A stretch of 62,757 nt of DNA, filler included, from Sanchytrium tribonematis (Eukaryota), in assembly GCA_018985235.1 (NCBI GenBank). It is 7 parts of 7 records of this genome, joined end to end, with 100 filler letters (N's around TTAATTAATTAA, not from the genome) between each part and the next. Parts side by side here need not be neighbours in the genome. Positions count along the whole stretch, not along the records: positions 45,730 to 51,349 come from JADGIG010000590.1; positions 51,450 to 57,053 come from JADGIG010000591.1; positions 57,154 to 62,757 come from JADGIG010000592.1; 4 more parts are not named here. The stretch is one strand, 5' to 3'. This document shows, piece after piece, positions 45,975-57,548 of the stretch. The stretch's first letter is position 1; each line of letters opens with the position of its first letter. Position numbers and translations under genes: made by a program. A model generated the notes under the pieces. The model searched no databases. It saw only the letters and a program-made list of their open reading frames with translations, and was not told where the DNA came from.

Positions 45975-48009
45975 TTAATATCTGAGTCCTAATTCCTTAT
46001 TGATTTGTCGTAATCTTTCTTTCAAGTAAGCGACGTTGTCAAGTTTATCTTGCAGTTGTTTAATTTCGTTTTCAATTGAAGTTTCTTCCTCTTCAGTGCC
46101 AATTTTGTTAAATTGCCAAGTTTTTTGGTCCCCTACCAGATTCAATAAATGTCCATGATATTTAAATAGTGCAGGTCTATGACTGACAGTGATCAAAGTC
46201 ATGCCCTTGTCCTTCAAAGTTTTATAGATCAGACCTTCAACATCTGAACTGACTGCAGAACTACATTCATCTAAAATAACATACTTTGGAAGATGGTAAA
46301 ACAAACGGCAAAGGTTCACTCTCTGCTTTTCTCCTCCACTAAAAACATCTTTCCAATCTTTGATGGTATCAAACCCGCCTTCTCTATTCTCCAAATAGCC
46401 TAAATGAACTAAATCTAGAATTTCTTGCAGATCAGAATCTGTCACACCTTTTTCAATCATATCTTCCTTGCTATGTGGATATATCAATTGATCCCTCAAT
46501 GAACCTATACTTAGATAAGCGCGCTGAGGGATATACATGATAGTATTTTTAGACGGTCTCCTTAATTCACCTTCAAATAATGGCCATAATTGACGAATAA
46601 CCCTAACAATTGAGGTTTTCCCACTACCATTTGGCCTAAGTCAAATCAAATTACCCTGTAATAAGTGTATGTTCACCCGGTTGGACTCTAAAGGATAAAT
46701 TTTCTAAAATCAATTCTCCTCCCTTTCCAGATGAACTAGGTATTACAATTTGTGCATTTTTAAATTCAAATCCATCGGCATCAAACGAAATTAATCCCTT
46801 GGCATTTGCATTTAAATATTGCTCATCCTGGTGTTTTGGATCAATATTATAAACCCCTTCATGAAGTTCATGAAGAACTTGGTAAGCAGTAAAAATTCGC
46901 TGTAAATAACCTCCGACCTCCAGCATGTCTTTGTAAGCATACATGATACGTCCTCCAGCATCTCCTAAACTCAGCATTAATCTCTTAGCAATAACAAATT
47001 GACTACTAGCACTTCCGATCTCGTCTTCATCGTCATGTGAAGGTGTCTTTCCGGCATATTCTTGAAAAAATACAGGTATACCACAAACAAGGAGTGCTGC
47101 TGCACTCCATTCGTACTTGACAAATATATCCTCGACCATGTTGTACGGGCCCTTGTATTTTAAAATTTTATGAATGTGTCTCTGCAATTTGTCATACGCT
47201 TGATTCAGCATAGATTGCTCAATTTTCTCACCATCATAAAAACAGATTTCTTCTGCATTCGTTATCAACCTAGTGTGAGCAGCACGATAGGAGCCCTCAA
47301 GATGAGCTTGCTGAGCTGCTAATTTTCCAAATGAAGGTGAAATATATCTTAAAACTCGAGCTGTGACCATGTAATTCAAGAATAAACCAATGGTACCAGT
47401 ATTTCCAATAGTATTTTTTAATTGCCAGCTAAATAATATCATGTCTAGAACTGGTTTACAAAGATTTGAATATAAGCTTGTGATTGCATCACAAAATTTT
47501 GCGATATCTGTTGTTAGATACTGATCAATGCTTTCAATGCGATTGTCAAAGTTCCCAATTTTGTAAAAGGAAAGGTTGTCGTCGAGGTATACTTTTAGTG
47601 CGTAGTTTGTTAAATTCAAACGCATTCCCATGCTTAATCTAGATTGCAAGAATTTAATTTTTGCATTAGTGTAACTGCAGGGAACAGCCAAGGCACACCA
47701 AATGAATAGAGAATATAAAAATTGGCTTAATTTTCCTTTCACTAACGATTTCACAATTTTTCCATCCAGCCTAGTTATAACAAGACTCAACCATGTTCTC
47801 AGTATTAAAAATAATGAATGTAAACTCAGAGTGTAGATATCTTGTTTATGTAACGCAATTTTTAATAAATTGAGCAATTGCTTGTAAGAAGTTAATTTTT
47901 TGTTCAAAAACAACGACGATTTCAATTTAGGATCTAAATCTCTTTTGAATCTTACTAAAGAAGCCAGTGCTAGAACGCCAACAGCAATAGTGGAGTTTCT
48001 TACCGACAT
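45975..48009 (-). CDS. PXA1: Peroxisomal ABCD half-transporter (Pxa1-like), 2 exons
   Basis: NAEEICFYDG, spliced Walker A GPNGSGKT, YIPQRAY, FSGGEKQR, LDECSSAVS. Confidence 0.9.
46636..46654 (-). other. 19-nt intron (ABCD)
   Basis: gtaatttgatttgacttag; restores LITGPNGSGKT. Confidence 0.97.
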
Positions 48010-48073
48010 CTTGAAAACGATAAAACTTGGGGTTCATATAAGTCTGAAATCGATTTGAATTTATTTTAATTAA

Positions 48074-49447
48074 TTATAATTGTACATGCCCGTCTTCAAT
48101 CACGTAGTAGCCGTACCCACCAATTCTTTTGGCATATTGGTATAATTGCTCATCCTCTGTGGACATGTCAAATTCGATTGAAGGTTCATCTTGATTGGAA
48201 TGGTTCAAACTGGACGAAGATTTTTCAAGCTGCCTAATTTTTGGAATTAAGTTTTTAAGTGAGCCTTCTTCATCTTCTTCTTTGACATAAGCAAAATCAT
48301 CATCAAAATGCACAATAACATTTCGTTCCGTTTTCTCTTCGTCTTTCGGTAGTCTCGATCGCCTTCTTTGCAGTCTTCTCTGTTTTGAAATGTGGATCCG
48401 CTTCTCTGCTTCAGTGAATGCGTCGCTTTTATAAACTTTATTTATATTTTGAATATCTAGAACTACGTCATGGAATCCAATCGCATCTTTTAGGGCGTAT
48501 TGTAATGGAAATCTAGTGGAAAAGAAAGGTAAAGTTGTTTTGGTATATTCTCGGATTATTTGTTGAGGTTCTTCTTGGGGTACTGTGATTTCTTTATAGT
48601 GAATTAAAACCATTTCTGCCAAAGTTTTTGGATGAAAAATAAAATAAAAGACGATCCCAAAAATTGTGTACTCAAATATTTCAACAGCAGCCAATAAGAC
48701 ATACCCATCGCATTCATTTGTTGCAATTATAATATTGACTGCATCACAAGCTATTTTAACGATTGCATCTGGAATAAAATTGACAGCGAATCTTTGCCAA
48801 AATAAAATACCAATTAAGCTTTTAAGAATAAGGAACACTTTTGCATAATTTGGGTGCACAAAATTGATCAGTTTTAGAAAGCTTGCAAGCTTGTATAGGC
48901 AATACATGATTGATACATTTTGAATAAATATGATTAAATAGTAGATTGTCGAAACAAATGAGAAATGAGTAGTGTCACTAGTGCATTCAATTAGTAACTG
49001 AATAATTGAGCTAAAGGGCATGCACACGCAATATTGAAAAATGCCAAACTTTATCGAAAGGAATTCGTGTATAATATAATCACTAAGTAATACAACAGAA
49101 TCATTATGTATCAACAAATTCGAACGGATCATTGGCATGCCTTGAATCTCTCCCTTTTCTTTGATGAATCTTAAGTGATAATAATTCCTTTCATTCCCTA
49201 AGCAATACACAATAAATCTGAAATAGTAAAATAATACAAATGACTCGTAAGTGTCACGCACCAGATTACAAAATATTGAAGAATCGGGATAATAAAATCG
49301 TATAAAACTTAATATGCTATACAACGGAATAATTAAAACAATTCTTAGTGAGAGCCTTTGGATATATGGAAAATAATAGTGCTTTAGCTGATATATTGCC
49401 AGTATGAGGAATAAGAGACAATTCAATAGGAGGAGCAAATACAACAT
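48074..49447 (-). CDS. TMEM184/OST-alpha family transporter
   Basis: QRLSLRIVLIIPLYS, RDTYESF, KFGIFQY, FWQ. Confidence 0.85.
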   Translation of the reverse strand: MLYLLLLLNCLLFLILAIYQLKHYYFPYIQRLSLRIVLIIPLYSILSFIRFYYPDSSIFCNLVRDTYESFVLFYYFRFIVYCLGNERNYYHLRFIKEKGEIQGMPMIRSNLLIHNDSVVLLSDYIIHEFLSIKFGIFQYCVCMPFSSIIQLLIECTSDTTHFSFVSTIYYLIIFIQNVSIMYCLYKLASFLKLINFVHPNYAKVFLILKSLIGILFWQRFAVNFIPDAIVKIACDAVNIIIATNECDGYVLLAAVEIFEYTIFGIVFYFIFHPKTLAEMVLIHYKEITVPQEEPQQIIREYTKTTLPFFSTRFPLQYALKDAIGFHDVVLDIQNINKVYKSDAFTEAEKRIHISKQRRLQRRRSRLPKDEEKTERNVIVHFDDDFAYVKEEDEEGSLKNLIPKIRQLEKSSSSLNHSNQDEPSIEFDMSTEDEQLYQYAKRIGGYGYYVIEDGHVQL

Positions 49448-49566
49448 GATTTGTTTTAAAAATTTAACTACTTAAGTTTATAAAGTAATACAATAACTAA
49501 ATTAGTTTAGGTATTTCGAAGCGAAAATTTTATAACTTATCTGGAAAGTAGGAGACGGTCAATCTT

Positions 49567-49581
49567 TGAAAATTCTAGAAA
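49567..49581. promoter_or_regulatory. Heat shock element upstream of AHA1
   Basis: tGAAaaTTCtaGAAa is a perfect nGAAnnTTCnnGAAn, 33 bp before the ATG. Confidence 0.7.
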
Positions 49582-49614
49582 TTTGATTTTCTCCGTTCAA
49601 AACAATCAGTAATC

Positions 49615-50427
49615 ATGAATCTCTCAAATCATCAATACTCAAACCAATGGCACTGGACTGACAAAGACATCAGTCCTCATTTTAAAAAAAGCATAACAGA
49701 AAATTTGGAGAAAATCAATTCAAAAATTGACAATTGTAAAACTGTAGAAGCAGTATTGCATCGAAGAAAGGGGAAACTTTACTTGATCTACGAGGTCGTG
49801 TTAGATGGTACATCCGCGAATGGAAATACATTCTCAATTAACGAGTGGGATCATGACACTCCTTTGGAAGACACTTTGTCTTGCCAAAATAAAGACGATC
49901 GTGCCAAAATTCTATCCTCTTTGAAAGATTTAGACGAGGAACTGAAAAAGGTCCATGGAAAAGACTTGGGTGTTGAGCTGGAAAATAGTTCCGAAAGTGC
50001 CAAGCCAGTTTCATTACAAGGTGATGGGGGATCAAAATCAACAGCTTCAACTGACTCGCCATTAATGAGCATCGCTGTTAAGGACAAGTTCTATTGCGGA
50101 GACCAGCAATTTGTGGACTTATTCGTGAAGCCTGAATTAATGAGAATGTGGAGTCGAAATGCACTTGAGGTAGTCTGCGAGTCTCCTTTAGAAGGAAAAT
50201 TCGGTCATGTTCACTTTAAAAACGTCAAACACACAGTTCACAAGGATAATGCAGTTATTACAATGGATTGGAAATTGAGCAATTGGAAGACTTTTACGCA
50301 TTGTAAAGTTACTAAAAATGGCGCAGAAGTGCAAGCTACGTTGAATTGTCAGGATAAAGAAATGGTCTCTCAAATTTGGAGAGAGCGATACTTCTTCGCA
50401 ATGAAATCTATCTTTGGGTATTCCTGA
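49615..50427 (+). CDS. AHA1: Hsp90 co-chaperone Aha1
   Basis: NQWHWTDKD, RRKGKL..YE, C-terminal AHSA1-like W.ERYF..MKSIFG. Confidence 0.8.
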   Translation: MNLSNHQYSNQWHWTDKDISPHFKKSITENLEKINSKIDNCKTVEAVLHRRKGKLYLIYEVVLDGTSANGNTFSINEWDHDTPLEDTLSCQNKDDRAKILSSLKDLDEELKKVHGKDLGVELENSSESAKPVSLQGDGGSKSTASTDSPLMSIAVKDKFYCGDQQFVDLFVKPELMRMWSRNALEVVCESPLEGKFGHVHFKNVKHTVHKDNAVITMDWKLSNWKTFTHCKVTKNGAEVQATLNCQDKEMVSQIWRERYFFAMKSIFGYS

Positions 50428-50528
50428 TCCAATAAAATTTTATCCTGGAATTCTCTGGAATTTTGATTGGAACTGCCTCGATTCTTCCGTGATGAATAAA
50501 TAGCAAGCCGTCTTAACAATTTATCAAA

Positions 50529-50855
50529 ATGATCTTATATTCAACTTACTCGCCTGAATTTCAACTAAGAGAAAAGCGATTTGACAATGCTCGTGTTCAA
50601 ATGAAAACTGAAGAGGATTATTACAAGTACTATGTAGATTTACCTGGTTACTTGAAAGATAATGTTGACTTGGAAGTGAAGGATCAAGCTATTCACTTAA
50701 AAGCTACAGATGAGAAACGCCCAGAAGTTGAAAAGACATTTTCATTGGAAAGGGATGCGGATAAAACAAATGTCACTGCCAAGTTGGAAAATGGGGTATT
50801 AGAAGTATTCGTAGTTCGAACTCCAGCATACAACAAGAAGGTTTCAATTGAATAA
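50529..50855 (+). CDS. Small heat shock protein (Hsp20/alpha-crystallin)
   Basis: VDLPG, AKLENGVLEV, C-terminal VSI. Confidence 0.88.
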   Translation: MILYSTYSPEFQLREKRFDNARVQMKTEEDYYKYYVDLPGYLKDNVDLEVKDQAIHLKATDEKRPEVEKTFSLERDADKTNVTAKLENGVLEVFVVRTPAYNKKVSIE

Positions 50856-50926
50856 ATTATTTTATGCAAAACAATATGCGGTCTAAAACCTGCTTATATA
50901 TTTTTACTACTCTCTAAATTGTAAAC

Positions 50927-51091
50927 ATGATGAACCGAAGTTTCGCTGCATTAAGATATTTATCAAAGGAAGCTACAAAGCAATCCTCCAAGAAATCAGT
51001 GAAGAAGCAGCCCAAAGAATGGTCTCAAAATCTTGCCACTGATAGCGAGGAGGCAGTTAAAGCTGATAGACAAGAAATCCCTAAAAAATAA
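50927..51091 (+). CDS. 54-aa probable mitochondrial microprotein (below ORF-track cutoff)
   Basis: MMNRSFAALRYLSK...EWSQNLATDSEEAVKADRQEIPKK*; TATATA upstream; stop inside AATAAA. Confidence 0.6.
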   Translation: MMNRSFAALRYLSKEATKQSSKKSVKKQPKEWSQNLATDSEEAVKADRQEIPKK

Positions 51092-51349
51092 ATTATAATG
51101 CTTTATTTCTGTCAAATTGTAGCGCGTAGTAAATTTCGAAAAGGCGTACTGCAACTTACTCAGATAAATAAGAATCTCTCAAGTCTTCAGTATATTGAGT
51201 TTGAGTGTACTCTGAATCCCTCAAACTACTCAAATCTGAAAATATAGTATTAGTCATATTTTCAGTAAATAAAGTATTCGAGTTATCTCCTTTGTACTCA
51301 GTGCTTTGATCTGCAGTGTATTCTGTATTTTCATCATTTGTGTAAATTG

Positions 51350-51449
51350 NNNNNNNNNNNNNNNNNNNNNNNNNNNNNNNNNNNNNNNNNNNNTTAATTA
51401 ATTAANNNNNNNNNNNNNNNNNNNNNNNNNNNNNNNNNNNNNNNNNNNN
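51350..51449. other. Artificial contig linker
   Basis: Same 100-nt linker. Confidence 0.97.
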
Positions 51450-52647
51450 TGAAAAGGTACATGGGCTAGGGAAAAAATGAAAATTTGGCTACATTACTTT
51501 ATATTACCAGTCCTTGAAAATGATCGTTCATTTCAATCAACTTTGGAGAAGGATAAGTACACAAGCTTGATATTGCTTCAAATGGGCTCGAAGTAATAAT
51601 AAATTTTGTATTGGGAAGTAATTCAGAAAGTTTTGCAAGTTTGGATATAAAGATATTATACATATCATCCGGAAACAATTCCAGCTCTTTAAGGGAATCT
51701 TCATGAACAAATGGGCCATTAAAAATAGCATAATCGGGTTTCTTTGATGCAATTTCTTGAATAGCTGAGTCAAAAGCAATCAATCCTCGAGAGTTTCCAA
51801 ATGGGCCAGAAGCAATGGAAACTATATTATTCGTTGGAGACTCGGGAAAATTTTTGTACATGGGAATCTTTGGATGTAAAATACTTTTGACTTGAAAAGA
51901 TCTTCCAGAAGTGTTTTTGCCAATTAAACCACAAATCTGACCACTAAATATTGAATCTGCAAATTTCCAGAAAGATAGGTCGGCTTTCAAATCCATAAAT
52001 TCTAAGGAACAAACCCCTCTACCCAGATCAGAAGGACATATCAGGCAGGCTTGCTTCTCTTTAGATTGCGGAGTGTCATCATTGATATCGTCTGTAGCAG
52101 GTAAAATTAATATTCTTCCAAATGTGAGGACATCTTCTTGAGATATCGAGTCTACAGGTGCGAGCTCAATTTCAAAATTATTGTCTTTCGCTTTCTTTGA
52201 AAATACATTTTCAAAATCTAAATAAGCGTTATCTAATTCCTCTGCAAACATTTCTCGGTCAGAATCAGCTGTGATAAAAAAAGCTTTATACAGTTCTACT
52301 TCATCGATGGGTGCCGTCAGTGTCCCAGGAATTCTGCTTTCAGAATAGTCTATTTCACCCAACCGGTAAATAACCTCACCTCGATTGACTGAAGAAACAT
52401 GACCTTCACTTGACATTCCGCTTATAAGAAGTGAAATCCCACCAGAAGATATATCTTTAGGTGGGTTATTTTGTGGTTTTTTTCGTTTAATTTGATTATA
52501 CAATATTGTTCTGAAAGATTGAAGCCTAGAATCGGTAAGCTCACTGACATTTATGCCATTATTCAAAGCATATGACTGCCAAGTAGCATCAAATTCGTCT
52601 CTTGTAATGCCTAAATTTTGGCAACATTCTTGAATTGCAATTTCCAT
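51450..52647 (-). CDS. POL12: DNA polymerase alpha subunit B (3' truncated), at least 2 exons
   Basis: SQEDV..FGRI, SIFSGQI..LIGKNTSG, ASGPF, NGPFV; spliced LPNFHFFPSPCTF. Confidence 0.8.
51489..51507 (-). other. 19-nt intron (POL12)
   Basis: gtaatataaagtaatgtag. Confidence 0.82.
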
Positions 52648-52687
52648 TGTTGCAAAAACAAACTGGACCTCCTTGAAGTCAATTCTA

Positions 52688-53557
52688 ATGAGTGTCAAAA
52701 CTGTCAAACAATCTGAAAAACCACTACCATTCCATCTTCAATTCTTTGCAGGAGGTATAGCGGGTGTATCTGAAATTTTAACGATGTATCCTCTCGATAC
52801 CGTAAAAACTAGAAGTCAATTGTCCAAAACGGGGTCTCCACCAATTATTCAGACACTAAAAGAAATTGTTAAAAAGGAAGGTTTTGGAAGACTATATAAG
52901 GGAATAGCCGCTCCAATTTTTATAGAAGCGCCCAAAAGAGCAATCAAATTTAGTGCAAATGATCAATATAAGCAATTATATGCGGATCATTTCGCTAATA
53001 AGCAACTTTTATCAATAGCCACTGGTGTATCCGCTGGTTGCACTGAAGCGTTTGTTGTTGTTCCTTTTGAATTAGTCAAAATTCGACTACAAGATAAAAA
53101 TACAATTTATAAAAATACTCAAGAATGCATTAAAGCAATCTACAAAACTGAAGGCCCGTTGGCCTTTTTTAATGGTCTTGAGGCTACCTTGTGGCGTCAT
53201 GCTACGTGGAATGGTGGATATTTTGGCGTAATTCACTCTATAAAGAGCATTTTACCCGAGGCTGAGACTAAAGAAGGCGATTTGTTCAGAAATTTTATTG
53301 CTGGTGCACTTGGTGGAACCTTTGGCACTATGCTTAATACTCCTTTTGATGTTGTCAAGTCTCGTATTCAAAATCAAAAGCCTGGTGATAAAACATACGG
53401 ATGGACTTTACCTGGGCTTGTAAAGGTTGCAAAAGAAGAAGGTCCTGGCGCATTGTACAAAGGATTCTTACCAAAAGTTTTGCGGCTTGGACCTGGTGGT
53501 GGTATTTTGTTGACAGTGTATGCGATAATGTCAGACGTTTTGCGCCCTTACGCTTAA
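52688..53557 (+). CDS. ODC1: Mitochondrial 2-oxodicarboxylate carrier
   Basis: MYPLDTVKTR, EAPKRAIKF, WNGGYFG, RLGPGGG. Confidence 0.9.
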   Translation: MSVKTVKQSEKPLPFHLQFFAGGIAGVSEILTMYPLDTVKTRSQLSKTGSPPIIQTLKEIVKKEGFGRLYKGIAAPIFIEAPKRAIKFSANDQYKQLYADHFANKQLLSIATGVSAGCTEAFVVVPFELVKIRLQDKNTIYKNTQECIKAIYKTEGPLAFFNGLEATLWRHATWNGGYFGVIHSIKSILPEAETKEGDLFRNFIAGALGGTFGTMLNTPFDVVKSRIQNQKPGDKTYGWTLPGLVKVAKEEGPGALYKGFLPKVLRLGPGGGILLTVYAIMSDVLRPYA

Positions 53558-53583
53558 TAAATTGTTCCTCCGTGCTTCAAATA

Positions 53584-53946
53584 ATGCGAATTTTAAATCC
53601 TTACAATCAAGTCAATTCCAAAAAACTCAACACTGAGTACATAAACTCTACCGAGAGTAAACTGCCAACCGCAAATTATGAAGACACAAAGGCGGAGGTC
53701 CAAAAAGTAATCACGACTATTGAGAAAGCTACGAACCAGAAAAAATCTACAAAGAAAGCCGGAAAACCCAGTGGAAAATCCTTCGATCATTTACATTCAC
53801 AAGCTTTAATTGATGAGGTCCGTGATTTGAGAAAGCGATTAAATCCTAGAAACGCAGAAATTCCGACTGAATTTTTAGATTATTTAAAATGTTTGGATAT
53901 GGGAAATAGCTGTAAAAAAGAGTTGGAAGCCATTTTGTCAAAATAA
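53584..53946 (+). CDS. Hypothetical protein
   Basis: 120-aa ORF from first non-overlapping ATG; stop inside AATAAA. Confidence 0.5.
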   Translation: MRILNPYNQVNSKKLNTEYINSTESKLPTANYEDTKAEVQKVITTIEKATNQKKSTKKAGKPSGKSFDHLHSQALIDEVRDLRKRLNPRNAEIPTEFLDYLKCLDMGNSCKKELEAILSK

Positions 53947-53975
53947 AATAATTTCAAAATTCGGTCTGAAAGGAG

Positions 53976-54665
53976 ATGGATTTAGAAAATTTGTTTGTTG
54001 AAGAGGACGTTGAAAGAAAAATTGAATATCTCAATCGAGAAGTAAAATGCGGAAAGCTGACATTTTCTGCTACAGTTATAAGCCATCATCCACTTTGGGC
54101 TCATTATATTTATAATTCGGCATTGGAATTGTCAAAATATTTGCAAAACCAAGAACATTTAGTACGTAATAAGAAAGTCCTTGAACTAGGTGCAGGTGTT
54201 GGTGTGCCCTCCATGACAGCTGATTATCTTGGTGCATTTGTCACAGTCACCGATTATCCCGATCACGAACTGCTAGAAATGCTGCGGATGAATTTTAAAA
54301 GCAGAGAAAATTGTTCTGTTCGGGGATTACTATGGGGTGATGCGTTAAATGATAAATTTGATGTTATTTTGATGGCAGATTTAGTTTTTAATCATTCAGA
54401 ACAGGACAAATTGCTAAGAACTGCAAAAAAGTCTCTTGCACATGAGGGAGTTGTGTTGGTATTTTTTACTTCCCACAGACCTTGGCTAAGAGAAAAGGAT
54501 CTTGAATTTTTCAAAAAGGCCGTTATACACGGCTTTGCGGTAAAAGAACTATTTAGGATTGAACACTTGAATCCGGTTTTCCCAGAAGATAGTACTCGGG
54601 ACAAATCTGAAAAAGACTACGAACTTCGAAGTAGCGTAGATGCTTATGAATTGTGGATTGAATAA
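53976..54665 (+). CDS. EFM7: Family-16 protein methyltransferase (Efm7/Nnt1)
   Basis: HHPLWAH, VLELGAG, TDYPD, ADLVFNH, HRPWL. Confidence 0.85.
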   Translation: MDLENLFVEEDVERKIEYLNREVKCGKLTFSATVISHHPLWAHYIYNSALELSKYLQNQEHLVRNKKVLELGAGVGVPSMTADYLGAFVTVTDYPDHELLEMLRMNFKSRENCSVRGLLWGDALNDKFDVILMADLVFNHSEQDKLLRTAKKSLAHEGVVLVFFTSHRPWLREKDLEFFKKAVIHGFAVKELFRIEHLNPVFPEDSTRDKSEKDYELRSSVDAYELWIE

Positions 54666-54668
54666 AAT

Positions 54669-55034
54669 TTAATTAAGAAACTCAACTCCACTATTATCAT
54701 TTTCAAAGTATATATCTTGCTGAAATAATTGAAGTTGATTTAATTTCCACGCGATTAAGGCAATCATGGGTACTTGAGCAAAAGCGAACAATACCTTGTG
54801 GGAACTGTCTAGTACAGCTATAGTCTTGAATCCTTTGATAGTGTTTATAATCAACATTGAGAGAAATCCAATGGTAAAGATATTCAGAGTACCTCCCATC
54901 ATCCATAGCATAAATCCCTGCATAGGCAATTGCTTAGGACCCTGGTAAACAATCTGTTTTTGCTGCTCCAAAGTTAAGCCTGCAGAAGCTTCTGTCAATT
55001 TGGCAGGTTGCAAGTTAAGTGGCAATTTCTCCAT
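54669..55034 (-). CDS. EMC4: ER membrane protein complex subunit 4
   Basis: PKQLPMQGFMLWMMGGTLNIFTI. Confidence 0.75.
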   Translation of the reverse strand: MEKLPLNLQPAKLTEASAGLTLEQQKQIVYQGPKQLPMQGFMLWMMGGTLNIFTIGFLSMLIINTIKGFKTIAVLDSSHKVLFAFAQVPMIALIAWKLNQLQLFQQDIYFENDNSGVEFLN

Positions 55035-55068
55035 TGTTTGACATAATAACAAAACAAGGCGTTGGCGA

Positions 55069-56494
55069 ATGTTGTCCTCCTTGAAATTAAAAATGTCACT
55101 GGTACAAATTCAAAAATTAACTAAACCGAGTTTGGTCATCTGCGCAAAACAAAATGTTGAGTTGCTCTCATCGTACTTACAAAAACCAATTCCAGAAATA
55201 AAGGTCAATCAAGTAGAGATTATAAACGAGCAAAAAGTGGTTTTATTTGATAACAAATTATCCAGAAATCTGGGTCTCTTCAGGGTTGATCAATTTGAAA
55301 AACAACTTGGACATGTCGGTGAAAACAAAGAAGTTCTTGTGGTTGTCCCTAATAGATCTTGGTTGGCTCCGACAGCAATATCTGTTGCCAGATATTTTCC
55401 AAAATTTACTAGAAAGACAGACAAGAAATCTCAGGAAATGATCAACTTAGACATTGCTGTAGTGGAGAATGGTAAATATGAACTTTTATCTCAGTCAAGT
55501 CAAAAAGAATCAATTTCAAACTACATTGAATCTACTCAATTAGCCGCAGAGCTTGTGGATACACCACCAAACGAACTGTATACTACCTCTTATGTGGAAA
55601 GAGTGAGGGATCTTTTCAAGGGTTTACCGGTAGAAATCAACGAAATTATGGGCGAAACTCTAAAAGAAAAAGGATACGGTGGACTTTGGAATGTTGGCAA
55701 AGCTGCTGTTTATCCACCAGTGCTACTCACTATTTCTTACAAAGGAAATAAATCTTCAGAAGATAGTGTTGCTCTTGTTGGAAAAGGAATTGTGTATGAC
55801 GCAGGTAATATTATATAATTTAGGCGGTCTTTCTATAAAAGGAACTGCAAATATGTGTTCTATGAAAAGCGACATGGGTGGATCTGCTGCTTGTGTTGGT
55901 GCCTTGCTCAATATTGTCAAATCTAAAGTCCCAAAAAATGTACATGCTGTTCTCTGTTTGGCTGAAAATGCCGTCGATTCTCATAGTTATAAAAATGATG
56001 ATGTATTCACATTGTATAGCGGAAAAACTGTCGAAATTAATAACACTGATGCTGAAGGGAGACTAGTTTTAGCTGATGGAGTTGCACACGCTAGTAAGAA
56101 CTTGAAGGCCAATGTAATTGTGGACATCGCCACTTTGACTGGAGCGCAAATGGTGGCCACAGGAATGAATCATGCTGGTTTATTGTCTAATGAAGCAGAA
56201 CTGGAGGCTCATTTTATAGAGGCAGGAAAAGCTGTTGGAGAACTTCTTCATCCTTTATTATATTGCCCAGAGCTTTTGATGTCTGAATTTGATTCAAAAA
56301 TTGCAGACTTTAAAAATAGCGTTAAAGACAGAATGAACGCGTCCAGTTCTTGTGCTGGTCATTTCGTTGAGTCCAACATAGTCGGAAGTTCAAGATGGGT
56401 GCATTTAGATATCGCTGGACCTTCTTTCAAAAGTGACCGTGGTACTGGATTTGGTAGTGCACTTTTATTTCAAGCGGTCTCTACTTTGAAATAA
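55069..56494 (+). CDS. M17 leucyl aminopeptidase, NPEPL1-like, 2 exons
   Basis: Spliced VGKGIVYDAGGLSIK, MKSDMGG, NTDAEGRL, KNSVKDR. Confidence 0.92.
55805..55823 (+). other. 19-nt intron (aminopeptidase)
   Basis: gtaatattatataatttag; restores YDAGGLSIK. Confidence 0.96.
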
Positions 56495-57053
56495 GTAAAT
56501 CAAGCCTAGATTTTAATTCATTTAATGGAAAAATTTCAAATTCTGGAACTTTTCCGTACTCATGTAATATGCTCAGGTCAATTGACGGCGATAAATACCG
56601 TTTCGATTTTGCCGTGGCGTGTATTCCGTTTCTCAGCAATGCATCATTCAAAAGGAAATTTCTTTTATCTCTTGCATCTCTGGAAGAATCATAAATCATA
56701 AAATTTTCATTGTAAATTCCAGAATGTTTCGGGAATACCCAAAATTTAATATTTTTTAAACACTTGAGATGAATTGAAATTTTAAAATTTTGAAAAATAT
56801 CGTGTTCTGCGGTAATAATTTTCTCGCAAATTTTGCAAGAATTATAGCTTTCGAGACCCTTTAAACTTTTACGAGTTGTATCGAAGAAGTTTTTTATATT
56901 ATCCTGAAGGTAAATATGTTTAACGCATCTTGTAAAATTATCATTCAAATCTAGGTACTGAGCCACATATCGTATAGCAGCACTGCTATTGTTATTGTAT
57001 TTGGTCAAAAATATATGTAAAATCTCTGAAAAATCGGTATATTGCCAAACAAA
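56481..57053 (-). CDS. Hypothetical protein, probably 5' truncated
   Basis: ORF of at least 175 aa with CKIC...HLKC; overlaps the aminopeptidase 3' end by 14 bp. Confidence 0.4.
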   Translation of the reverse strand, partial: FVWQYTDFSEILHIFLTKYNNNSSAAIRYVAQYLDLNDNFTRCVKHIYLQDNIKNFFDTTRKSLKGLESYNSCKICEKIITAEHDIFQNFKISIHLKCLKNIKFWVFPKHSGIYNENFMIYDSSRDARDKRNFLLNDALLRNGIHATAKSKRYLSPSIDLSILHEYGKVPEFEIFPLNELKSRLDLLISK

Positions 57054-57153
57054 NNNNNNNNNNNNNNNNNNNNNNNNNNNNNNNNNNNNNNNNNNNNTTA
57101 ATTAATTAANNNNNNNNNNNNNNNNNNNNNNNNNNNNNNNNNNNNNNNNNNNN
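57054..57153. other. Artificial contig linker
   Basis: Same 100-nt linker. Confidence 0.97.
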
Positions 57154-57548
57154 GGAAAGCATAAAATGATGATTGTGATTTCGCATGTCATTTCAAGGAG
57201 ATTTGCCAAAAAATATTTTAAATAAATTTTATTCTATTTGAATATCTGATTAAAAAATCAATATTTTTTGCAGTACTTTTGGAAATGAAATATCAAATAG
57301 AATTGCTTATTTATATCAATCACCTATTTTAGACTGCCTCTAAAGAAGTTGAGTGTCTCAAAGTTTGAGTACACGACGAGTCATGATTTTACAAAAATAT
57401 ATTATGACGAATCAAAAATCACTCACTCTAAATTTGAGTTGTGGAAAACAAAAAACACGTGTTTATCGTCGTAGGGCTGCACGTGTTTTATTCGATTTGT
57501 TTGTATTTGCCAAATTGGCCTTTATAAAGCAATTTTCTCCAAATAGAT

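Noticed and set aside
13929..55823. Alternative genetic code (TAA/TAG reassigned) or programmed frameshifting to explain split ORFs
   Set aside because: Breaks involve a frame change plus extra sequence, are resolved exactly by GT/GC-AG excision, and TAA, TAG and TGA all end conserved proteins at expected positions
5658..57153. Recurrent TTAATTAATTAA flanked by Ns as a biological repeat, and gene linkage across it
   Set aside because: Identical 100-nt six-frame-stop linkers; segment lengths (5657, 5652, 28395, 5625, 5620, 5604, 5604) indicate concatenated contigs, and genes are cut at the joins
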